A stretch of 63,790 bases of DNA, counting the filler, from Reclinomonas americana ATCC 50394 (Eukaryota): assembly GCA_048213135.1 (NCBI GenBank). It is 3 parts of 2 records of this genome, joined end to end, with 100 filler letters (N's around TTAATTAATTAA, not from the genome) between each part and the next. Parts side by side here need not be neighbours in the genome. Positions count along the whole stretch, not along the records: positions 30,293 to 52,573 come from PS015271.1; positions 52,674 to 63,790 come from PS015272.1; 1 more part is not named here. The stretch is one strand, 5' to 3'. Numbering within the stretch: the stretch's first letter is position 1; each line of letters opens with the position of its first letter. Shown one piece after another: positions 51,485-61,700 of this stretch. The notes under the pieces are model-generated. The model was not told the DNA's origin. It made no database searches and saw nothing but the letters and a program-made list of their open reading frames with translations. The translations under genes and the position numbers were made by a program.

Positions 51485-51519
<35 letters not shown>

Positions 51520-51554
51520 TGAGTGTGCAAGGGGTGTGTAGTGTGTGTGTGTGA

Positions 51555-51643
<89 letters not shown>

Positions 51644-53068
51644 TGGAAGAGTGAGCGAGTGGATAAGTGATAGTGAGTGTTTGCTTGATAGTGTCACCCT
51701 TCCCAACCCTCTCTCTCCCCACTCTCCCTCTCCCTCCCCTGTCTCCCCCACCTGCGCCTTCTGCAAGTGCGACTTGAGCGCCTGCCTATGCGGAGGAGTC
51801 GGCCCTCGACTCACAGCAGCAGCAGTTGTTGTTGTTGAAGTCACGCGCGACACTCGTGACGACTGCTGCCTGCGCATCGACTGCAACTGATGCTGCTGCT
51901 GTTGCTGCATCAGCTGCGCAGGCGGCACGTGCACCAGTGGTGCGTGGCGAGTGGGTGGAGCAGGGGGTTTGCCACTCTCATCCATTCGTACTGTCGCACT
52001 TGCTGTGACTGACACACACACACACAAGTGCGCGTTGTGTTTAGTGTCGCACACGCACACACACAGAGAGCGCGCACAGCAGTGGCGAGTGAGTGAGAGT
52101 GCAAACGTTGTTGGCGGGAAAAAACGAGTGCATGACGCACGTGCGTGTAACTGTCCCATCGTGACGCATTCTCACTTTGCATTCATGTCGTTCAGAGGTG
52201 AGAAGGCGCATGCGCGCGAGGGAGGGAATGAGTGTGTGAGACAGTGAGAGTGAGAAGAAGAGTGCTGTGTCCGATTTCATGCAACTTGACTCTCACTTGC
52301 ACACTGAAGGGGAGAGGTGCTTTGCGCTTAGGCGTCACCTTAGGCGTGATAGGCGTCGCCTAATGTCACCTGAGAAGTACAGCTTGCTCTCACTCACAGA
52401 CACGCATGTGCAGGGAAGGAGAGACTTGTAAAGTGCACATAGGCGTCACCTTAGGTGTGATAGGCGTCGCCTTATCTGCAGAAGTTCAGTCTGCAGTCTA
52501 TCTCTCTCTCTCTCTCTCACACACACTCGCAGGGAAGGAGAGACCTTGTAATGTGCACTTAGGCGTCACCTTANNNNNNNNNNNNNNNNNNNNNNNNNNN
52601 NNNNNNNNNNNNNNNNNTTAATTAATTAANNNNNNNNNNNNNNNNNNNNNNNNNNNNNNNNNNNNNNNNNNNNGGACAGAGAGAGACAGGAAAACAGGAA
52701 AGGAAGAGAAGCAAAGAGGAAAGCAAAGGGGAAGAAGGGAGGAGAGCAAGAGAGGGAGCAAAGAAGGAGAGAGGAAGGAGAGAAACGCACCAGGAGTGGC
52801 CGACTGCGCTCGGGACGTGCGCGACAGGCTGGGCGTGGCCGCCGTCTTGGTGTGTTCGGATTGTTTCCGGTCGTGATGTTCTCGCGAGGCGCCCGCACCG
52901 CCGCCAACATGACTCGACGATGAGGGACGTGCTGGTCGCTGAGACGAATCGGCATCTGTGCAGAGAGTGAGAGCTGTTAGAATTACACGTCACGCACACT
53001 CCTTCGCTCTCTCTCTCTCTCTTTCGCCCGTCTCACTGACCTGCTTTCCCGGTGGTGTTGGACGACAT
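49517..53068 (-). CDS. Gln/Pro/Ser-rich exons, possibly the N-terminal extension of the Dbf4-like gene; start at 53068 (MSSNTTGK) or 51985 (MDESGKP)
   Basis: AG/GT-bounded open frames at ~53041-53068, 52791-52955, 51753-52003, 51160-51448, 50761-51030, 49717-50214 (PAPAPA run) and 49517-49654. Phases are compatible where checked. Linkage to the Dbf4 core crosses N gaps. Confidence 0.5.
52111..52122 (-). promoter_or_regulatory. E2F-type motif TTTTCCCGCCAA
   Basis: Matches the E2F consensus TTTSSCGC, about 125 bp upstream of the ATG at 51985. Confidence 0.35.
52300..52573 (+). repeat. About 3 copies of a ~115-bp unit containing palindromic TAGGCGTCACCTTAGGYGTGATAGGCGTCGCCT
   Basis: Copies at ~52329, 52440 and 52560 (the last truncated by the linker). 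Confidence 0.8.
52574..52673. other. Artificial scaffold linker N44-TTAATTAATTAA-N44
   Basis: Same 100-bp structure as 30193-30292. Confidence 0.95.
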
Positions 53069-53298
53069 GGTGTGGTCACGAGAGGCCGCCGCGTCAGAGA
53101 CAGAGAGGAGCGAGAGAGAGAGAAGGACGACTCTTCAACGCGTTCGAGCTCAAACGTTCGTTGTGCTGATGTGCTGGGTGTCACCATGGTACATCATCTC
53201 TGCAAAAGAGGAAAGGCGCGCATCCTCGCAAAGCCGCGTACGTAGTGATAGAGGAGTTTTCCCTGTCCCCGGCGGACACCATCCCGATTTCACCATCC

Positions 53299-54883
53299 AT
53301 GTCGCTCTGCGAAATCATCGCCGACACCGCCAAGGACGACGACGCGGTGCTGCAGGAGTTGCAGGAATGGGTGCTGACGCATGGTGTTGAGGCACTCGAG
53401 CAGGAGTCGCCGAGCACACTGCACACGCCGGCGTATGCCGCCGCCCGCCGCGGCCTGCTGCGCTCGCTGGCCTATATCGCACAAAATGCACCTTCGCGAG
53501 GTCTCGTGTTGGAGACGCCTCCGCGGTATAGCCAGTGGACGCCGGCGCATATTGCGTGTGATGCGGGTCACGTGGCGGTGGTGCAGTACTGTGTGGAGCA
53601 TGCGCCGAGTGGGGCGCAGGTGTTGGAGCGCGCGAACGACGACGGGCGCACCTTGGCGTTGCTCGCCGCCAACAACGGGAGTCTGGAGATGCTGCGCTAT
53701 GTGGCCGCACACGCGCCGAGTGGGGCGCGTGTGTTGGAAATGGGAAACCGACAGACGTGCGCGTGGCCGGCCACACCGTCCATGATTGCGGCCGCACGAG
53801 GCGATGTGGCTATGCTGGAGTACATTGTGTCGCACGCACCTAGCGGAGCTGCGACGCTGGAGCGTGTGGATTCGAACGGGTACACGGCGGCGGAGCACGC
53901 TTGTCGACAGGGCAAGTTGGAGGCGCTGGCCTTTATCGTTGAGCACGCACCGAGCCACGGTCAGCTGCTCGTCCAGCGCAACAGGAACGACAGCAGCATT
54001 CTCGTGCAGTGCGCCACCGTGCCGGTGCTGCAATTCGTTGTGCAGCGCGTGCACGATGGCGCGCGAATGCTCGAGTTGCCGTGTATGGCGGACGAGTGGA
54101 CTTTGGCGCTGTACTTGGCTCGACAGGGCCAGCTGGAGGAGCTGCAGTATGTGGTGGCGGCGGCGCCGAGTGGCACCCTGGTGCTGGAGGCGGTCGGCAG
54201 CAGCGGCTTCACGACGGCACTCGGCGCATGCCAGATCGGCCACCTGCCGCTGCTGCGCTACATTGTGGCGACGGCGCCGAGCGGCAGCCGTCTGCTGGAG
54301 TGTGCCGAGACGAAGAACGGCAACACCCCGGCACACCTGGCGGCCCGGTCCACCCATCATGGTGTGAGCGCGGATGGTGTCTACGACCAGCTGGGTCAGC
54401 TCGACTTTATCGCGCAGGTGGCGCCCAGCGGTTGGCGAACGCTGCTGGTGCCCAATCGGCAACAGCGCACGCCAGTGCAGGAACTGGTCGGCAGCATGCA
54501 TGTGGCGCACCTGGCGGTGCGTATCCCGGCGTTTCTGCGGCGGCACTTGCCGATCGCCAGAGTGCTGCTTCGCCACCTCAACTCCCTCATCGGCGACCTG
54601 AAGGAGCAGCAGTTCGACGACCTGGTCGAGGAATACAGCNNNNNNNNNNNNNNNNNNNNNNNNNNNNNNNNNNNNNNNNNNNNNNNNNNNNNNNNNNNNN
54701 NNNNNNNNNNNNNNNNNNNNNNNNNNNNNNNNNNNNNNNNNNNNNNNNNNNNNNNNNNNNNNNNNNNNNNNNNNNNNNNNNNNNNNNNNNNNNNNNNNNN
54801 NNNNTGGCGGCGACGGCGGCGATGGTGGTGGCGATGATGATGACGGGTATGACAGTGAGCCGGAAGTTGGTATGGAGTGGTGA
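53299..54883 (+). CDS. Intronless ankyrin-repeat protein (about 9 repeats with an APSG insertion) and an acidic tail after the gap
   Basis: Repeats such as WTPAHIACDAGHVAVVQYCVEHAPSGAQVLERANDDG and YTAAEHACRQGKLEALAFIVEHAPS; post-gap frame GGDGGDGGGDDDDGYDSEPEVGMEW*. Confidence 0.88.
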
Positions 54884-55154
54884 GGAGGAGGAGGAGGAGG
54901 AGGAATAGGAGGAGGAGAATGAGGAGGATCCACGCTGCGTGATGGAGATTGCGTTTCGGTGTTTTATCGTCGAGGAGGCGGATCCGCGGAGGCTGTGTGC
55001 TTTTACTCGTCAAGCGTATGGTGGTAGTGGAGAATGTCGTAGCACAGTACGTGCTCTCTTTCTCTCTCAAGTCTGCATTTGCTTCTTTTGCCGAAGCGGC
55101 GTCTCTCAGTGTGAATGGCGTTGTCGATGTTTCTGTGCAGTATGCACCAATGGG

Positions 55155-55375
55155 AGAACAACAACAACTACAGTTGTACAACTGTACTAACCCAAGCAGC
55201 AACATGTACGCAGCTGCACGATGATCACCATCTTGAGTGAGCACGTCACCGAAACGGCGAGAAACAACAACAATTCATTCGCCAGCAAACAAGCGGCAGC
55301 TGTCTTGATGACCAAGTTCAACCGTATCCAAAACATCAACACAGACACCAATCTTGAGGCAGCAGCAGGTTCCTT
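55155..55375 (+). repeat. Longest copy of the dispersed intergenic repeat
   Basis: The 5' half matches 18385-18470 and the 3' half matches the reverse complement of 27945-28086. Confidence 0.8.
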
Positions 55376-55797
55376 GTGTATGTGTTCGCTCTCGGAGCTC
55401 CGAACAAGTCGAGAACTGCGATCTTCACCGCATATGCGCACTTGCATAGACGGATAGCGTTTTCTGCGATCGTACACGGCACATGAATTCGGGAAAAGGC
55501 CATGAGCCAGGCAAACAAAGCAAAGCCGGGTCCGGATCCGTATTCGCGCAAAGAAGCATTGTAGGCGACGATATTGTTCGAATATTTATTCATTTTTAGA
55601 GGCAAGAGCTTGCTTCACGTATACAGTCTCCATAGTCGAATGCATGCACAGTCCACTGCTTGTTAGACAGGGAACCCTTCGCGGGCAGTGCGGTCGACTT
55701 GCACAGCCTCCGAACTTCAGTTTTCACAATCGATCCATTCCGGTGAACCGAAAAACTAGACACGAAAGGATTATTGGGCCAAGCACACACGCACGCA

Positions 55798-58700
55798 ATG
55801 CACTCGCGGAGAGTGTCTTTGTTCCCTATGCTGTCACCGTCGTTGTCGTCTTCTGTAGCAGCGGCGGCAAGACGAGCGGCGCGGCTGCTTTTGTTTGCTG
55901 TCGTGTGGATTTTTGTGCTGTCGGCTACTGGCTCCGATGCCGCAGTGCAAGCACCAGGCAGTTGCGTTGTCCTCCACAATCAAGTACACGGGGCGCGCAT
56001 GTACACACGCACACTCTCAGAGTGCGTGGGGAGAAAGTGATTCAGTGGACGCATATGAATCAGACAAACACACACACGCATGCACACGCACTCTCTCTCT
56101 CATGCGAGGCACACGATAGGATGTGTGCGCGTGCGAAGAAACTTGCGGATCTATTTCTTCCGCACTTAATTCTCACGAATGTCGCTCTCTCGCTTCTCGT
56201 GTCCCTCTCGCTCTCTCTCTCTCGCTCTCTTTCTCGCTCCTCGTGTCGCTCTCTCTTTCTCGCTCCCTATGTTGCTCTCTCTCTCTCGCTCGTCGTGTCG
56301 CTCTCTCNNNNNNNNNNNNNNNNNNNNNNNNNNNNNNNNNNNNNNNNNNNNNNNNNNNNNNNNNNNNNNNNNNNNNNNNNNNNNNNNNNNNNNNNNNNNN
56401 NNNNNNNNNNNNNNNNNNNNNNNNNNNNNNNNNNNNNNNNNNNNNNNNNNNNNNNNNNNNNNNNNNNNNNNNNNNNNNNNNNNNNNNNNNNNNNNNNNNN
56501 NNNNNNNNNNNNNNNNNNNNNNNNNNNNNNNNNNNNNNNNNNNNNNNNNNNNNNNNNNNNNNNNNNNNNNNNNNNNNNNNNNNNNNNNNNNNNNNNNNNN
56601 NNNNNNNNNNNNNNNNNNNNNNNNNNNNNNNNNNNNNNNNNNNNNNNNNNNNNNNNNNNNNNNNNNNNNNNNNNNNNNNNNNNNNNNNNNNNNNNNNNNN
56701 NNNNNNNNNNNNNNNNNNNNNNNNNNNNNNNNNNNNNNNNTCGCTCTCTCTCTTTCTCCCTCCTCATGTCGCTCTCTCTCTCTTTCTCGCTCCTCGTCTC
56801 GCTCTCTCTCTCTCTCTCTTTACTCCTCGTCTCTCTCTCTCTCTCTTCTCGCTCCTCGTGTCGCTCTCGCTCTCTCGCTCCTTGTGTCGCTCTCACTCTC
56901 TCACCCTCGTGTCGCTCTCTCTCTCTCGCTCCCCGTGTCGCTCTCTCTCTCTCCCTGTCTCTTACCCCCGCCCTTCTCCCTTTCCCCTCCTCCCTTCTTC
57001 CCTTCCCCCCTCAGTGTGCAAGGGAGGCGCCTCCCCGCTCGTCTCCTGGACCAATGGCACTCGCACGGCTGGCCTCTGCTCTGGCTCCTTCACCGCCATC
57101 ATGAATACGTCGGCGGATGGCCTATGCAACACCTCGTACTCGGTGTGCACCAACCTGGATGGCGGCAGCAGCGGCCCTCTCGCCCAGATTACCTCGGCCG
57201 CCGTCAAAGCGGTTCCCGGTTGCTTCGCCTTTAGAGCAGCTGGTGATTCGAACTCATGCAAGGCGCTCAACTTTGCTGACCCCAACTCGAATGACATTGT
57301 CGGAATTGGCGGGGAATGCAGGTGTGTGTGTATGTGTGCGGGTGAGGGAGTGATATGCAGACTAAAATTGTGCGCTGAATACTATTCGTTGTTCTCCCGC
57401 AGTGTGAAAGTATTAGGAGCAGGCTGCACTGCCGACACCATGATCTTTGCCGCCAACAGCACGGGTGGCGATTTCGTGAATATCTACACCCAGATTGGCG
57501 TCGTGTGCTGCACGACTGTCACCAACAATGCTCCCACGGACATCCTTCTCAGTGACGTCACCTATGCTGCACCGTCAGCTGTGGGTACTTTAGTCGGCAC
57601 TTTGTCTGCCGTGGACATCGACGCGGGCAACACCTTTACGTTTTCGATTACGGGCGGAACGGATGCCGCAAATTTCGCAATATCGTGCGTGCAGTGCGTG
57701 TCGTTTTGCGTGCGATCCATGTCGATGCTCACCAAGCATGGTTGCTGCAACTGCAGATCGACATCGCTGAAGATTGTGAATGCTGGCGTTAGCACCACGC
57801 TTTTCGGTACGCAGCGCTGCGCCGATTCCGCACACCATGGTCAGCTAATTTATTGTTTTTTGACTCTTGCCAGTGACCATCTCGGTTACCGACAACAACG
57901 GCGGCACATTCTCCAAGAATTTTTCCATCACTCGTTGCGTGCAAAAGCCGCTGCGTGTAACCTCGCTGTGGTATTTACGAAGCTGCATCACTTCNNNNNN
58001 NNNNNNNNNNNNNNNNNNNNNNNNNNNNNNNNNNNNNNTCAGCTGTTACCACGCCATCGGCTCCCACCTTGTCTACATCCACGTACACACCGCCACTTGC
58101 TCTGAGCGGCATCGTCGGTACCTTGTCGGCTACCGACCCGAATACGGCGCAGACGCTGACCTTCACTATCATTGGAGGCACAAACCAGACTTTATTTGCC
58201 ATATCTGGCAACAGTCTTGTCTCTGCAGTGTCTGGACTTACCGGTAATAGCCTGCAAGTGATTGTGCAAGTGGCGAATAATCTCGGCAAAACGAGTTCCA
58301 CAACGTTTACTATCAACGAGCGTTGCGTCAGCTTATTTATTGACCCTGACGCGAAATCTCGGGAATTTCACAAGCCTCATCACTGACAATTCTACATCTT
58401 GGTGCGCAGTCAATGTTGCGCCGACCGCGCCGACCCTTTCGTCGTCAACGTACACGCCGCCACTCGCGCTTAATGGAGTGATTGGCACTCTGGCGTCGAC
58501 CGACGTGAACACGGGTCAAGCATTGACGTACACGATCACTGGCGGCACCAATGCAGCTGCGTTCAACATCAGCGGTACCAGCTTGCGGTCAAGCATTGCC
58601 GGCCTGACGGGCAACAATCTGCAAGTGATTGTGCGAGTCAGTGATGGAACTCTGACGGCGAGTACAACATTTACGATCAACGAAGGTGTGTTGCTCTTGT

Positions 58701-61700
58701 CCTGTCTTTCATGACTTTGTCATGCGTCTCACTTATTATGTGTTTGCGATAGTCAATGTGGCACCAACTGCACCGACGCTGTCATCGACGACGTACACGC
58801 CACCACTTGCTCTGAATGGAGTGATTGGCACGCTGTCGTCAACCGACGTGAACACGGGTCAGACACTGACGTATACGATCACCGGCGGCACCAACTCGAC
58901 TTCGTTCAACATCAGCGGCACCAGCTTGCGATCCAGCATTGCTGGCCTCACTGGCAACAATCTGCAAGTGATTGTTCAAGTGAGTGACGGAGCAGGAGGA
59001 ACGGCAAGCACGACGTTCACGATCAATGAGGGTGTGTTGCTGTCGTCTTGTCTTTATGTCTTTATTATATGTCTCGCTCATTATGTGTTTGCGATAGTCA
59101 ATGTGGCACCAACTGCACCGACGCTGTCCTCGTCGACGTACACGCCACCACTTGCTCTGAATGGCGTGATTGGCACTCTTTCGTCGACGGATCCAAACAC
59201 GGGTCAGACACTGACGTATACGATCACCGGTGGCACGAACTCGGCTTCGTTCAATATCAGCGGTACCAGTCTGCGGTCGAATGTGGCCGGTCTGACCGGC
59301 AACGGGTTGCAAGTGATTGTACGCGTCAGTGACGGAACACTGACGGCGACGACAACTTTCACCATCAACGAAGGTACGTGAGATTCTGTGAGGGATGATA
59401 TGTGTTTTTCTTGTGCAACTCATTCGGTGGGCATCGTTAGCCAACGTCAATCCGACTGCGCCCACCCTGTCTTCGTCAACGTACTCGCCGCCTTTGGTTT
59501 TGAACGGCGTGATCGGCACTCTGGCGTCGACTGATGTCAACACGGGTCAAACATTGACGTACACGATCACGGGTGGTACCAACTCGACTTCGTTCAACGT
59601 CAGCGGCACCAGTCTGCGATCCAGCATTGCTGGCCTCACTGGCAACAACTTGCAAGTGATCGTGCAAGTGAGCGACGGAGCGGGCGGAACCTCAAACACG
59701 ACATTCACGATCAATGAGGGTCTGTTAGTAGTTGATTGATTTGGGCACGAGTTGATCGTAGTTTGCTCAATCTTCGTATCCGTTGCAGCGAACGTGAATC
59801 CGACTGCACCGACCTTGTCTTCATCGACATACACTCCGCCGCTTGCCTCGAATGGAGTGATCGGCACTCTGGCGTCGACGGATGTCAACACGGGTCAGAC
59901 GCTGACGTATACGATCACGGGCGGCACGAATCAGGCGTCATTCAACATTAGTGGCACGAGTCTGCGGTCAAATGTGGCTGGCTTGACTGGCAACACTCTG
60001 CAAGTGATTGTGCAAGTGAGTGATGGAGCAGGCGGAACGGCAAGCACGACATTCACAATCAACGAAGGTCTGTTGTTGTTGATTGATTTGGGCACGAGTT
60101 GATCGTAGTTTGCTCAATCTTCGTATCCGTTGCAGCGAACGTGAATCCGACTGCACCGACCCTGTCTTCATCGACGTACACGCCACCACTTGCGCTGAAC
60201 GGTTTGATCGGCACGCTATCGTCAACTGACGTGAACACGGGTCAGACGCTGACGTACAACATCACGGGCGGCACGAATCAGGCGTCATTCAACATTAGTG
60301 GCACGAGTCTGCGGTCAAACATTGCCGGCCTCACTGGCAATGGTCTGCAAGTGATTGTTCAAGTGAGTGATGGAGCAGGCGGAACGGCAAGCACGACATT
60401 CACGATCAACGAAGGTGTGTGTTTCTCGTCTCTTTTTGTGTTGTTCACGCACACATCTCACTCGGTACCTTGCCGTGCGATATAGTCAATGTGGCGCCAA
60501 CTGCACCGACGCTGTCGTCGTCGACGTACACGCCACCGCTTGCTCTGAATGGAGTGATTGGCACGCTGTCGTCAACCGACGTGAACACGGGTCAGACCCT
60601 GACATACACGATCACCGGTGGCACGAACTCGGCTTCGTTCAATATCAGCGGCAGCAGTCTGCGATCGAGTGTGGCCGGCCTCACTGGCAACGGGTTGCAG
60701 GTGATTGTACGCGTCAGTGACGGAACACTGACGGCGACGACAACTTTCACCATCAACGAAGGTACGTGAGATTCCGTGAGGGATGATATGTGTTTTTCTT
60801 GTGCAACTCATTCGGTGGGCATCGTTAGCCAACGTCAATCCGACTGCGTCAACTTTGTCATCGACAACATACACGCCACCTCTCGTTGTGAATGGAGTGA
60901 TTGGCACTCTGGCGTCGACGGACGTGAACACGGGTCAGACTTTCACGTACACGATCACGGGTGGCACGAACTCGGCTTCGTTCAACATCAGTGGCACCAG
61001 TCTGCGATCGAATGTGGCTGGTCTCACTGGCAACAATCTGCAAGTGATTGTTCAAGTTAGCGATGGAGCTGGTGGAACAGCAAGTGCCACTTTCACGATC
61101 AATGAGGGTCTGCTGTTGGTTGATTGATTCGGGGACGAGTTGGTTGTGGTTTGCTCACTCTTCGTATCCGTTGCAGTGAACGTAAATCCGACTGCACCGA
61201 CCTTGTCTTCATCGACATACACTCCGCCTTTGGCTCTGAACGGCGTGATCGGCACTCTGGCGTCGACGGATGTCAACACGGGTCAGACACTGACGTACAC
61301 GATTATCGGTGGTACCAACTCGACTTCGTTCAACATCAGCGGCACCAGTCTGCGATCCAACATTGCTGGCCTGACCGGCAACAATCTGCAAGTGATTGTG
61401 CAAGTGAGCGATGGAGCAGGTGGCACTGCAAACACGACATTCACAATCAACGAAGGTCTTCGTTGCTTACTTGACGAGCACAAGTTGATCGCAGTTTGCT
61501 CACTCTTCGTATCCGTTGCAGCGAACGTGAATCCGGCTGCGCCTTCACTGTCTTCATCGACGTACACTCCGCCGCTCGCTCTGAACGGCGTGATTGGCAC
61601 TCTTTCGTCTTCGGACCCAAACGCTGGTCAGACGCTGACGTACACGATCACGGGCGGCACGAATCAGACGTCATTCAACATCAGCGGCACCAGCTTGCGG

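Noticed and set aside
52329-52365. Telomeric TTAGGC repeats
   Set aside because: The hexamers are not tandem and are embedded in a longer palindromic unit.
53290-54933. 547-aa ORF on the - strand
   Set aside because: It is the antisense shadow of the GC-rich ankyrin CDS plus Ns.
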